Origin: Spirochaetia bacterium
GTDB lineage: Bacteria; Spirochaetota; Spirochaetia; DSM-2461
Assembly: GCA_963668315.1 (NCBI GenBank)
Contig: OY764216.1
Span: forward strand, 3,488,001 to 3,552,000
Length of the DNA stretch: 64,000 bases
Reading direction: 5' to 3'
Part shown: positions 20,308 to 30,115 of the stretch, piece by piece
Position numbering within the stretch: position 1 is the first letter of the stretch
Layout: each line of letters opens with the position of its first letter
Made by a program: the position numbers and the translations under genes
Notes under the pieces: model-generated
Databases searched by the model: none
The model's input: the letters and a program-made list of their open reading frames with translations, nothing else
What the model was told of the DNA's origin: nothing

Positions 20308-22524
20308 TTACTGGTTAAAACCATGTCTGACGATGGTAAAGTCGCCAAGGGGAAAATCTTTTTTCTCCGTTTCCGTGCTTATATGGCCCTCCCGGGATGA
20401 GATTTTGACAAGGGTATATTTCCCCTCCCGGTAATTGAAGGTTAATCCGTCGTCGAAATATAAGGTCCTTTCCCTGTCCGGGCCGCTGTATATATGCAGT
20501 TCCGGTGCCGCATAACTGCCTCCCAGATGCTGCGCGGGCCTGTCCCGCAGCAGTATGGATCCCTCCCGGACAAAGAGGGGCAGTTTTTCAAGGGGAGCCT
20601 CAATCACCCGGTATCCCCCCTGGTAAATCTGATCCGTTTCCACATCGTACCATCGGCCTTCGGGAAAATATACCATACGGTGGCGCGCTCCCCTGTGAAG
20701 AACCGGTGCGGCCAGGAGGTCCTCTCCTATGAAGAACTGATCGTCCATATTGAGAATCTCTCCCTCCCCGCCGCCGTGATAGCACATGGGCCTCAAGACG
20801 GGATCACCCTTGACGGAGCTGTTATGGAAAAGCTGATACAGTTCGCTGATGAGGGAATAACGAAGCTTGATCGCCTTTTTAACGGCCTTTTCCGTTTCGG
20901 CGCCGAAGGCCCAGGGTTCCTGATGGAGGGAATTGATGGAACTGTGATTGCGGCAGAGGGGATAACAGACGCCCAGCTGGCTCCAACGGATAAGAAGCTC
21001 CGGTTCCCCGTCTCCGACGAATCCCCCTATGTCGGAACCGACAAAGGTAAAACCGCTCAGTCCCAGATTCAGGAGCATGGGAATGCTGGCGGCCATATGC
21101 TCCCATAAAGACGTATTGTCTCCCGTCCACAGGGCGGCATAGCGCTGCGTGCCGGGGGAGGCGGAACGGGTCAGGACAAAGGGCCGCTTGCGGTTACTGC
21201 CCTCAGAAGAAGGGCACAGGGCTTCATAGGTCGCCTTCCCGTGATAATGGCCGTAAAGGTTATGGGTCTCCTTCTGGAGGCGTATTTCCCCGCTGTCCGT
21301 CCTCTGGCGGCACTCTTCGGGAACCGTTTTGGATGGGTTCGACATATCGGCCGGTTCATTCATATCATTCCAGATCCCCTCCACGCCGAGCTCCTCCAGG
21401 CCTTTAACAAATGTACCCCACCATGCCCGTACTTCTTCCCTGAGAAAATCGGGGAAAAAACTCTCTCCGGGCCAGACCTGGCCGATATAATCTTTCCCCC
21501 GGGAATCTTTGATGAAGTAATCCTTTTGGCGCCCCTGGTCGCAGAGGGCGTATCCATTTTCGACCTTTACACCCGGATCGATGATGACGACCAGTTTGAA
21601 GTTCATCTTCTTCAGTTTTTCAATCATTCCTCTGAAATCGGGGAAAGCCCGGGGATCCTGGGTGAACACTTTATAGTGGTCCATGTAGTCAATATCCAGG
21701 TAAATGACATCGGCGGGTATCTTTCTTTCCCGGAACTCCCTGGCCAGTTCCAGAACCTCGGCGGCCGTTTTATAGGACCAGCGGCACTGCTGGTATCCCA
21801 GAAAATCCCGCCGGGGCAGGGGCATCCGCCCGGTGAGCTGTCCGTAGGAGCGCACAATCTCCCCGAGACTCCTTCCGTAGATAAAAAAGTAATCCGGAAG
21901 GCCGCCGTCGGCTTTAAAGGTCAGATCGGCGGAATATTTGCCGAAGTCGAAGGAATTCCGGTAGGAAAGGTGGTGATATATGCCGTAGAAATGTTTTCCG
22001 TCCGTACCGATGTAGAAAGGAATGTTGGTATGATAGGCTTTCTGCGCCGCCGTATGGACGGGGGAGACGCCCAGAACATCGGTATTCCAGTTCTCCGTTT
22101 CCCTTCCCAGCAGATTCAAAGTGCCGTATTTCTCGCCCAGACCGTAGAAGGCCGTTTCCCACTCGATCTTCCTCTTCATGATATGGGCATATATTTTCCC
22201 CCTCTCCCTGTTGAGGATATCATACTCCTGCTCTTCCACCTCTCTGTCGTCATCGACGGCGGAATAAAGGATGGGGCCGGCATCTTCTACGATAGGACGG
22301 CCCGAGAGATCCCTTATGGAAACCTGTCCGTCGTCGCCTATCTTAACGGAAAAATCGGGAAACTGAAGAATCGGTTTATCCGCCCGGTGGGTGGTAGGCT
22401 GCAGTTCGGAACTGAAGCTGTCGGTGATATCCTCCGGCTGTTCCCCGTAGGTAAATCGCAGGATTCTCTCTGAATAGGACCGGATGGTCAAATCGTGTGA
22501 AGGGGTGATTTTATTCTTTTCCAT
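20308..22524 (-). CDS. GH31 alpha-glucosidase family
   Basis: YGLGE, YLDIDYMD, IIDPG, WNDMNEP nucleophile, WTGDN acid/base, GSDIGGF; start MEKNK at 22524. Confidence 0.93.
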   Translation of the reverse strand: MEKNKITPSHDLTIRSYSERILRFTYGEQPEDITDSFSSELQPTTHRADKPILQFPDFSVKIGDDGQVSIRDLSGRPIVEDAGPILYSAVDDDREVEEQEYDILNRERGKIYAHIMKRKIEWETAFYGLGEKYGTLNLLGRETENWNTDVLGVSPVHTAAQKAYHTNIPFYIGTDGKHFYGIYHHLSYRNSFDFGKYSADLTFKADGGLPDYFFIYGRSLGEIVRSYGQLTGRMPLPRRDFLGYQQCRWSYKTAAEVLELAREFRERKIPADVIYLDIDYMDHYKVFTQDPRAFPDFRGMIEKLKKMNFKLVVIIDPGVKVENGYALCDQGRQKDYFIKDSRGKDYIGQVWPGESFFPDFLREEVRAWWGTFVKGLEELGVEGIWNDMNEPADMSNPSKTVPEECRQRTDSGEIRLQKETHNLYGHYHGKATYEALCPSSEGSNRKRPFVLTRSASPGTQRYAALWTGDNTSLWEHMAASIPMLLNLGLSGFTFVGSDIGGFVGDGEPELLIRWSQLGVCYPLCRNHSSINSLHQEPWAFGAETEKAVKKAIKLRYSLISELYQLFHNSSVKGDPVLRPMCYHGGGEGEILNMDDQFFIGEDLLAAPVLHRGARHRMVYFPEGRWYDVETDQIYQGGYRVIEAPLEKLPLFVREGSILLRDRPAQHLGGSYAAPELHIYSGPDRERTLYFDDGLTFNYREGKYTLVKISSREGHISTETEKKDFPLGDFTIVRHGFNQ

Positions 22525-22664
22525 ATCAACTATTATAACCTTAAAGTAGAGAAAAATACACCATTTCATTAATGTAGCTTTTTCATTAATGAAGATAAGA
22601 AGCCTACAAGGGCTAAAACATTTCAATATAAGAAATAAAACTGTTTTCCTGTCAAAGGGAAAGT

Positions 22665-22681
22665 TTGGTATAGTTTTTGCA
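22665..22681 (+). promoter_or_regulatory. Sigma54 (-24/-12) promoter upstream of Amt-GGDEF
   Basis: TTGGTATAGTTTTTGCA = GG-N10-GC, close to the TGGCAC-N5-TTGCA consensus; 53 nt before the ATG of a nitrogen-related gene. Confidence 0.7.
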
Positions 22682-22734
22682 ATAATGTATAAAAGTTAAA
22701 AAAAAGGCGTTTGTCTTCAATCGCGGAGAACAAA

Positions 22735-24693
22735 ATGAAAATTAAATCGGCAGTATTTCTCTTCCTTCTTTCTCTGTCACAGGTATTTTCCCAGGAAAGT
22801 GTTGATATGGTCGGCCACGGAAAAAACATCAGTGATATTCTCTGGGTCCTGGTCGCCGCCATATTGGTCTTTCTCATGCAGGCGGGATTTATGGCTCTGG
22901 AAACCGGTTTGTCCCGGGCGAAAAATTCGATCAATGTGGCCATAAAAAACGTGACGGACTTTATCTTTTCCGTGGCCGCCTTCTGGTTTATCGGTTACGG
23001 AATCATGTTCGGCCGATCTTTTAGAGGAGTCGTGGGAATCTCCGATTTTTTCACATCCTTCGATGAGGATAACTGGAAAGCCACTTTCTTTGTGTTCCAG
23101 GCCGTCTTCGTGGGGACCGCCGCCACCATCGATTCGGGAGTTATCGCGGAAAGGGCCAAATTCGGAACCTACCTATTAATGTCATTCATCACATCCGCCG
23201 TTATCTATCCCGTTTTCGGTCACTGGGCCTGGGGCGGACTTTTCTATGAGGATCAGGCCGGATGGCTCCAGAAGCTGGGTTTTCTGGATTTTGCCGGTTC
23301 CAGCGTCGTTCATTCCATAGGAGGGTGGGTGGGCCTCGCCGGCGCCATCGTGATAGGCCCCCGGATGGGACGGTTCGCCGCCGACGGCACTCCCCAGAAG
23401 ATACAGGGCCATAATATCGTTTTTGCCTATCTGGGGACTTTTATCCTGTTTTTCGGATGGTTCGGATTCAATGCGGGAAGTTCTCTGGGTGCCCATCCCT
23501 ATGTGGCCAATATTGTTCTGAACACCATGGTTTCCGCTTCCTTCGGCGGAATAGCGGCCATGTTCCTCAGCCTTTTTCTCAGCAGGAGCCGCCTTCCCGA
23601 ACCGGAGATGATTATCAACGGCATCATTGCCGGGCTGGTAGCCGTCACGGCGGGCTGTGCCTATGTCGGTACGGTCGCAGCCATGCTGATCGGGACGGGC
23701 GCGGGCTTCACCGTCTACTTCGGAACGGAGTTTCTTGAAAAGCGCGGCATAGATGATGTGGTATCCGCCGTTCCTGTCCATGCCTTCTCGGGAGTCTGGG
23801 GGACCATGGCAACGGGGATTTTCATTAAGAGTTCCCATCTCGCCGAAACCGGTATGAGCCGGCTGAAGCTGGTGGAGGTGCAGGCTCTGGGCGTGGTCAT
23901 CTGTTTCATCTGGGGATTCGGCATTTCCCTGATAATCCTGAAAATCATTAAGAAGTTCGTTCCCGTCCGCGTTTCTGAGGAGCATGAGAAGATCGGCTTG
24001 AATATCGCGGAACACGGATCAAGCTCCAGTATTCTCGAATTATCCAACTCGATGAGGAGCATCATTGAAAATGCCCAGTTAGGAACACTCAATAAGCTGG
24101 AGACCGAGGTCGGGACGGAAATAGGGGATTTGACAAATTACTTCAACGTCATGGTCGACCGGCTGAAGGAGAAAGAGGAGATCGCCGACAAGGCACTCGA
24201 GTCCTTGCGGTATATTTCGGTGAGGGACGGACTGACAAAGGTCTATAACAAGAAGTATATAAGCAATTTCCTCAAGGAGGAAGTTTCCCGGAGTCATCGG
24301 TACGGAAACAAGGTATCCGTCATTCTTTATGACATCGATTTCTTCAAGAGCATCAATGACAATTACGGCCATCAGGTGGGAGACTATGTCCTGGTACGAA
24401 TTTCCGAAATGCTGAAAAATAATCTGCGAGAGACAGATATACTCGGCCGATACGGCGGGGAGGAGTTTCTTGTCATTCTGCCTGAGACTGATTTAAACGA
24501 CGCCTATCTCCTGGCCGACCGACTGAGGGAAAGCCTTTATCATATCGAATGGGATTTCGACAGGACAAGGAAGCTTACCCTCAGCGGAGGCGTGGTGGAG
24601 AACATAGGGGAAGACTCGGAGCGGATGGTCGGCCGGGCTGACGAGCTCCTCTATGTGGCGAAAGAGAAGGGGAGGAACAGGATCGAGAAATAA
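22735..24693 (+). CDS. amt: Ammonium transporter (Amt) fused to HAMP-like linker and GGDEF diguanylate cyclase
   Basis: MQAGF..LE.G, FQAVF, HWAWG, DFAGSSVVH, GWFGFNAGS, DDVVSAVPVH; then EIGDLTNYFNVMVDRL; DGLT, DIDFFKSINDNYGHQVGD, RETD I-site, GGEEF. Confidence 0.92.
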   Translation: MKIKSAVFLFLLSLSQVFSQESVDMVGHGKNISDILWVLVAAILVFLMQAGFMALETGLSRAKNSINVAIKNVTDFIFSVAAFWFIGYGIMFGRSFRGVVGISDFFTSFDEDNWKATFFVFQAVFVGTAATIDSGVIAERAKFGTYLLMSFITSAVIYPVFGHWAWGGLFYEDQAGWLQKLGFLDFAGSSVVHSIGGWVGLAGAIVIGPRMGRFAADGTPQKIQGHNIVFAYLGTFILFFGWFGFNAGSSLGAHPYVANIVLNTMVSASFGGIAAMFLSLFLSRSRLPEPEMIINGIIAGLVAVTAGCAYVGTVAAMLIGTGAGFTVYFGTEFLEKRGIDDVVSAVPVHAFSGVWGTMATGIFIKSSHLAETGMSRLKLVEVQALGVVICFIWGFGISLIILKIIKKFVPVRVSEEHEKIGLNIAEHGSSSSILELSNSMRSIIENAQLGTLNKLETEVGTEIGDLTNYFNVMVDRLKEKEEIADKALESLRYISVRDGLTKVYNKKYISNFLKEEVSRSHRYGNKVSVILYDIDFFKSINDNYGHQVGDYVLVRISEMLKNNLRETDILGRYGGEEFLVILPETDLNDAYLLADRLRESLYHIEWDFDRTRKLTLSGGVVENIGEDSERMVGRADELLYVAKEKGRNRIEK

Positions 24694-24702
24694 GGGGTCT
24701 TC

Positions 24703-25686
24703 CTATTTCACCTCCCGTTTCGATTCTCCTGTGTTGTAAAAATCCTTCAGTCCCTGCAGGCTCTCCTCCACCATCTCCCTGACGGCGGAATCGGTATAGA
24801 AAGCCATATGCTGGGTCATGGTGACATTGGGGAACTGACGCAGGTAGGCCATGCCCCTGTTGGCAATAATTTCCGTTCTCCTGTCCAGATGGTATATTCC
24901 CTCTTCCTGTTCTATCACGTCCAGCCCCAGGGAACTGATTTTCCGGCTTTCGATTCCTTCGATTACCGCTTCAATATCGATAAGGTCACCCCGGGCGGTA
25001 TTTATCAGCACCACGCCGTCCTTCATCCGCTCAAGGGTTTCTCTGTTGATCACATGGTGGGTTTCCGGCGTCAGAGGGATATGGAGAGTAATCACATCGC
25101 TCTCACTCAGCAGCTGATCGAGTGCCACATGTGTGGCCTTTTCTTCCAGGGAAGGATTTTCCCTTCGGCCGTGAACAAGAATCCGGCAGCCGAAACCCTG
25201 CAGGCAGTCGATGACCGAAGCCCCGATTTTTCCGTTTCCCCAGACTCCTACCGTAAGGTTCCTCATCTCCCGCCCCTGCAGTCCCGCCAGAGAGTAATCG
25301 TTCACATTCCCCCGGAATAACGCCGCCTTATAGTGCCTCAGAGCCATAAGCATATGCATTACGGTAAACTCCGCCACCCCGTTGGGGGCATAATGGGAAT
25401 TGGCAATTCCGATTCCCAGTTCCCCGGCCGCCTGTACGTCTATGTGGTTGAAACCGATGGTTCTGGTGGAGACATAACCTATGGCGAAGCTCTTCAGTTT
25501 TTCCAGAATCTCCCGGTTGATATGGCTGTGGCCCAGGACGGTTATTCCGTCGCTTCCCTTCAAGCTTTCAATATTATCAATAGTTAAATTCTCATGGACG
25601 TATTCAATTTCCAGATCCATGGAATCGCTTAGTTCCTTAAAGTAGGGCAATTCATCGGGACGGACTTCAAAGGCAGTAATTTTCAT
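24703..25686 (-). CDS. D-isomer-specific 2-hydroxyacid dehydrogenase (D-LDH-like)
   Basis: TRTIGFNHID, GNGKIG, LHIPL, INTARG, DVIEQE, HMAFYT. Confidence 0.9.
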   Translation of the reverse strand: MKITAFEVRPDELPYFKELSDSMDLEIEYVHENLTIDNIESLKGSDGITVLGHSHINREILEKLKSFAIGYVSTRTIGFNHIDVQAAGELGIGIANSHYAPNGVAEFTVMHMLMALRHYKAALFRGNVNDYSLAGLQGREMRNLTVGVWGNGKIGASVIDCLQGFGCRILVHGRRENPSLEEKATHVALDQLLSESDVITLHIPLTPETHHVINRETLERMKDGVVLINTARGDLIDIEAVIEGIESRKISSLGLDVIEQEEGIYHLDRRTEIIANRGMAYLRQFPNVTMTQHMAFYTDSAVREMVEESLQGLKDFYNTGESKREVK

Positions 25687-25755
25687 GAGTATCTCCTGAT
25701 TTCGATTATGAAATTGAGGCGCATGGGGTGCGCCATGGGGGCATCCTATATCATA

Positions 25756-25793
25756 TTGAAATTATAATCAACTAAATGTATAATATTCTACAT
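25756..25793 (+). promoter_or_regulatory. Sigma70 promoter with overlapping 18-bp palindrome
   Basis: TTGAAA-17nt-TATAAT (25756-25784); ATGTATAAT|ATTCTACAT at 25776-25793 (one mismatch). Confidence 0.6.
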
Positions 25794-25833
25794 ATTGTGA
25801 AATATTAAGATGATTTTCCATTAAGGACCATTT

Positions 25834-26469
25834 ATGAAACGAGAAACGATGCTGGAGCAATTATCCCGGCTGGCCGAAGGTCTGTCGCAGACGTTCGGCA
25901 GTTCCTGCGAGACGGTCATCCATGATATGGATAACCGCAAGGAATCCATACTATCCATAAACAACGGCCATGTCACGGGACGTTCCGTGGGGGATCCCTT
26001 CAATATTCTGGGAAAACCCAAGGAGATCAGCGAGTTTATGAAAAACAAGACCGATCTGATAAACTGCCTGGGAAAGACGGAAGACGGACGGGTGATTAAA
26101 AGCTCCACCTTCCAGTTCATCGGTGATGACTTCCATTTCTCCCTGGGAATCAATTATGACCTGACTCTGCTCTCCCTGGCGGAGAAGGCGATAAAGGACA
26201 TCTCCACCGTATCGGTTGACCTGGAAGAGAAGCTGAACGAATCGGAATCAGGCAGCCTTGAACAGATTTTCCAGGACTGTCTGGACAGGATGGGAAAGCC
26301 CCTGATCATGTTCAACCGGGAAGACCGGAAGCGCATGATCGGTTATCTCCATGAGAAGAAGGCCTTTACCATACAGAAGAGTATTCCCCAGGTTTCGGAA
26401 AAACTGGGGATCTCACGGCATACGGTCTATAATTATCTTAATCAGCTGAGCTCCAGAGCCCCCGTGTAG
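25834..26469 (+). CDS. YheO-like PAS plus HTH transcriptional regulator (DauR-like)
   Basis: CETVIHD, INNGHVTGRSVG, IKSST, LGINYD; C-terminal HTH VSEKLGISRHTVYNYL. Confidence 0.9.
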   Translation: MKRETMLEQLSRLAEGLSQTFGSSCETVIHDMDNRKESILSINNGHVTGRSVGDPFNILGKPKEISEFMKNKTDLINCLGKTEDGRVIKSSTFQFIGDDFHFSLGINYDLTLLSLAEKAIKDISTVSVDLEEKLNESESGSLEQIFQDCLDRMGKPLIMFNREDRKRMIGYLHEKKAFTIQKSIPQVSEKLGISRHTVYNYLNQLSSRAPV

Positions 26470-28364
26470 AGCTGGTAGTACTCTCCTTTCTTCCCTATGA
26501 GCTCCTCGTGGTTTCCCCGTTCTATGATGCGGCCCTGTTCCAGTACGATTATGGCGTCGGCATTCTTGATGGTGGACAGCCTGTGAGCTATGACGAAGAC
26601 GGTTCTGCCCTTCATCAGGGCGTCCATCCCTTCCTGCACGATTTTCTCCGTACGCGTATCGATGGAGCTGGTGGCTTCGTCAAGGATCATGACGGGAGGA
26701 TCGGCCACGGCGGCCCTGGCTATGGAGAGCAGCTGCCTCTGTCCCTGGGACATGCCGTTGCCTCCGGCCTTCAGTTCTGTCTGATATCCCTGGGGCAGCA
26801 TCATGATAAAGTCGTGGGCATTGGCCAGTCTGGCCGCCTCGATACACTCCTCGTCGGTGGCGTCGAGCCTACCGTAGCGAATGTTCTCCATGACGGTACC
26901 GGTGAACAGGTTGACGTCCTGCAGAACGATCCCCAGGGAACGGCGCAGGTCGTTTTTCCTGATTTTCCCTATATTGATGCCGTCATAGCGGATTTTCCCG
27001 TCCGAGATATCGTAGAAACGGTTGATCAGATTGGTAATGGTGGTTTTTCCCGCTCCCGTAGAGCCGACCAGGGCGATTTTCTCTCCCGCTTTGGCATCAA
27101 GGCTCACCTCCCTGAGAATCGGTTTGTCCGGTGAGTAGGAAAAGTTGACCCTTTCCAGCTCCACCTCTCCCTTGAGCATCTGATAGGTCAGATTCCCGTC
27201 TCCGTGGGGATGCTTCCAGGCCCAGTGTTCCGTCCGCTCATCCGTCTCGACCCAGGCGCTCTTCACTTCTTTCATGTTCACCAGAGTCACGTATCCTTTG
27301 TCCTCCTCCGGTTCCTGATCCATCAGGTGGAATATCCTCTTGGCACCGGCGAAGGCCATGATGACCGCATTCATCTGCTGGGAGACCTGAGCCATGGGCA
27401 TGATGAAACTGCGGGACAGCTGCAGAAAGGAGGCGATGACTCCCAGGGAAAGGGCACTGAAACCTGTCAGGGACAGATTGGGGACGCGGCTTATGGCCAG
27501 AAATCCCCCCACGATCGCGACAAGCACATACAGGTAGTAGCCGAAATTATTCATGGCCGGCATAAGGACGTTGGCGTAGCCGTTGGCCTTCCTGGCATGG
27601 GAATAGAGCATTTCGTTCTTCTCGTTGAAATCCCTGTTGACCGCTTCTTCATGGTTAAACACTTTCACCACTTTCAGTCCGCTGATCATCTCTTCTATGT
27701 ATCCGTTCACATCTCCCAGAGATTCCTGCTGGCGCACAAAGTAGTGTCCGCTTTTCTTCACAATCAGCCGGGCGACAAAGAGAATGAAGAATACGACAAT
27801 CAGTGTAAAGAGGGAGAGCCAGACGCTCAGGTAGAGCATAGAGGCGAACACCGTGATAATCGTGACCAGCGAAGAGAAAAGCTGGGGCAGGCTCTGGGTG
27901 AGCATCTGCCTCAGGGTGTCCGCGTCGTTGGTAAAACGGCTCATCATGTCCCCGTGGCTGTGGGTATCGAAATATTTAATGGGAAGCTTCTGCATTTTGG
28001 CGAACATGGTATCACGGATTTTTTTCAGGGTGCCCTGGGCGATGGTAACCATAAGGCGGTTGTAGAGCAGGGTGCTGAGCACTCCGGAGACATAGATGCA
28101 CGCCATGACGGACAGAGCTTTGAAAAGGCCGGCATAGGAGGGATCTCTCTGCCCCAGGAGAGGAACGATGTAGTCGTCTATCAGCATTTTGAGAAAGAGG
28201 CTGGAAGCGGCCGATGCGGCTGCCCCGAGGATGATACAGATCACCACGATGACAAGCAGAAGGGGATAATCCCGCATATAGCGGAATACGCGAAGCATGG
28301 TCTCCCTGTCGGCTTTGGGCCGGGCGGAACCGGGCTTTTGAACTTTGGTTTCTTTCTGGGCCAT
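26442..28364 (-). CDS. ABC exporter, fused TMD-NBD (consensus half)
   Basis: Walker A GSTGAGKT, MSQGQRQ, ILDEATS, IAHRL. Confidence 0.95.
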   Translation of the reverse strand: MAQKETKVQKPGSARPKADRETMLRVFRYMRDYPLLLVIVVICIILGAAASAASSLFLKMLIDDYIVPLLGQRDPSYAGLFKALSVMACIYVSGVLSTLLYNRLMVTIAQGTLKKIRDTMFAKMQKLPIKYFDTHSHGDMMSRFTNDADTLRQMLTQSLPQLFSSLVTIITVFASMLYLSVWLSLFTLIVVFFILFVARLIVKKSGHYFVRQQESLGDVNGYIEEMISGLKVVKVFNHEEAVNRDFNEKNEMLYSHARKANGYANVLMPAMNNFGYYLYVLVAIVGGFLAISRVPNLSLTGFSALSLGVIASFLQLSRSFIMPMAQVSQQMNAVIMAFAGAKRIFHLMDQEPEEDKGYVTLVNMKEVKSAWVETDERTEHWAWKHPHGDGNLTYQMLKGEVELERVNFSYSPDKPILREVSLDAKAGEKIALVGSTGAGKTTITNLINRFYDISDGKIRYDGINIGKIRKNDLRRSLGIVLQDVNLFTGTVMENIRYGRLDATDEECIEAARLANAHDFIMMLPQGYQTELKAGGNGMSQGQRQLLSIARAAVADPPVMILDEATSSIDTRTEKIVQEGMDALMKGRTVFVIAHRLSTIKNADAIIVLEQGRIIERGNHEELIGKKGEYYQLYTGALELS

Positions 28365-28367
28365 GGT

Positions 28368-30107
28368 CTATTCTCCTTTCCTCTGGGACTCGTATACTTC
28401 ACGGTAGATGGGCGAGTTCTCCATCAATTCCTCATGGGTTCCCGAGGCGGTGATCATCCCGTCATTCAGGACGATGATGAGATCGGAATCCCTGACCGAA
28501 TCGATCCGCTGGGCGATGATGATCTTTGTCGTATCCGGAAGATCCTGCCTGAAGGAATCTCTTATCCTCCGGTCCGTTTTCGTATCCACGGCGCTGGTGG
28601 AATCGTCAAGGATCAGGACTTTCGGTTTCTTCAGCAGAGCCCTGGCGATGGTGATGCGCTGCTTCTGGCCGCCGGAAACATTGGTGCCGCCCCGTTCAAT
28701 CGGGGTGTCGTATCCTTCGGGATATTCGGAAATGAACCCGTGGGCCTGGGCCTGTCTGCTGTGTTTTTCGATCTCCCCGTCGCTGGCGTTTTCATCGCCC
28801 CAGAGAAGATTGCTTTTTATCGTGCCCGAGAAGAGATCGTTTTTCTGGAGCACCACGGACACGGCGTCGCGGAGTGTCTTCAGGTCGTAATTCCGGACAT
28901 CTATTCCGCCGATTTCCACTCTTCCCCCGGTCACATCGTAGAGGCGGGGGATCAGCTGGACCAGACTGCTTTTGGAGGAACCGGTTCCCCCCAGGATTCC
29001 GACGGTCTGGCCCGATTCGATCTTCAGATTGATATGGGACAGGACGGGCTTTTCCGCATCCTTATAATAGGAAAAGGATACATCTTTGAATTCCACCGTA
29101 CCGGACGGAACGGAAAGAACGGGATTCTCTCCATTCTGAAGATCACTCTCTTCGTCGAGGACTTCGACGATCCTCTCCGCCGAGGCGCGGGAAATCGTGA
29201 TCATCACGATAACCATGGATACCATCATCAGGCTCATGAGAATCTGCATGGAGTAGGTTATCAGGCTCATGAGCTGCCCCGTGCTCAACCCCAGGGCGGG
29301 ATTGTTGCCGCTGGCGATTATCCGGTGGGAGCCGAACCAGGACAGGAGTATCATGGTCGTATAGACCAGGAACTGCACCAAAGGCATATTCAAGGCCAGC
29401 CTTTTTTCGGCTTTGGAGAAGTCCTCGTAGATTTCCCGGGAACGGACGCGGAATTTTTCCGTTTCGTGATCTTCCCTCAGGAACGATTTGACGACCCGCA
29501 CGCCCGCCAGATTCTCCTGTACGATGCTGTTCAATTTGTCATAGGTTCGGAAGACCCGGACAAAAATGGGATGCACCGTGGTCATGATGAAATAGAGGGC
29601 GATCCCCAGGACAGGGATGGCGGCCAGGTAGATAAGGGAGAGCTGACTGTCTATGGACATGGCGGCCGCCAGGGCGAAAATCAGCATGATGGGGCTTCTT
29701 ATGGCCATCCGGATAATCATCTGAAAGGCGTTCTGCAGGTTGGTGACATCCGTTGTGAGCCTTGTTATCAGGCTTGATGATGAAAACTTGTCTATGTTGG
29801 AAAAGGAGAAACGCTGCACGTTCTGAAACATATCCTTCCTCAGGTTCTTGGCGAAACCGGCCGAGGCATTGGCCGCTTTATAACCGGCCATCACGCCGCC
29901 CCAGAGGGAGACCGAAGCCGCCGCCACAAGGATAAGCCCCGTAATGAGAACAATCCTCATATTGCCCTGTTCAATGCCGTAATCCAGCAGAAAAGCCATG
30001 ACGAAGGGGATGGAAACCTCCATGATTACCTCCACGACGACATAGACCGGCGTAAGTATGGTGTCCCTTTTGTATTCCCTCAGACTGGAAAATAATCTCT
30101 TAAGCAT
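28368..30107 (-). CDS. ABC exporter, fused TMD-NBD (degenerate half of a heterodimer)
   Basis: GGTGSSKS, VSGGQKQR, ILDDSTS (D in place of E), IAQR (Q in place of H). Confidence 0.95.
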   Translation of the reverse strand: MLKRLFSSLREYKRDTILTPVYVVVEVIMEVSIPFVMAFLLDYGIEQGNMRIVLITGLILVAAASVSLWGGVMAGYKAANASAGFAKNLRKDMFQNVQRFSFSNIDKFSSSSLITRLTTDVTNLQNAFQMIIRMAIRSPIMLIFALAAAMSIDSQLSLIYLAAIPVLGIALYFIMTTVHPIFVRVFRTYDKLNSIVQENLAGVRVVKSFLREDHETEKFRVRSREIYEDFSKAEKRLALNMPLVQFLVYTTMILLSWFGSHRIIASGNNPALGLSTGQLMSLITYSMQILMSLMMVSMVIVMITISRASAERIVEVLDEESDLQNGENPVLSVPSGTVEFKDVSFSYYKDAEKPVLSHINLKIESGQTVGILGGTGSSKSSLVQLIPRLYDVTGGRVEIGGIDVRNYDLKTLRDAVSVVLQKNDLFSGTIKSNLLWGDENASDGEIEKHSRQAQAHGFISEYPEGYDTPIERGGTNVSGGQKQRITIARALLKKPKVLILDDSTSAVDTKTDRRIRDSFRQDLPDTTKIIIAQRIDSVRDSDLIIVLNDGMITASGTHEELMENSPIYREVYESQRKGE

Positions 30108-30115
30108 ATTCCCTC

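Noticed and set aside
27204..29777. 857-aa + strand ORF
   Set aside because: Antisense shadow of two well-supported ABC exporter genes; no recognisable motifs
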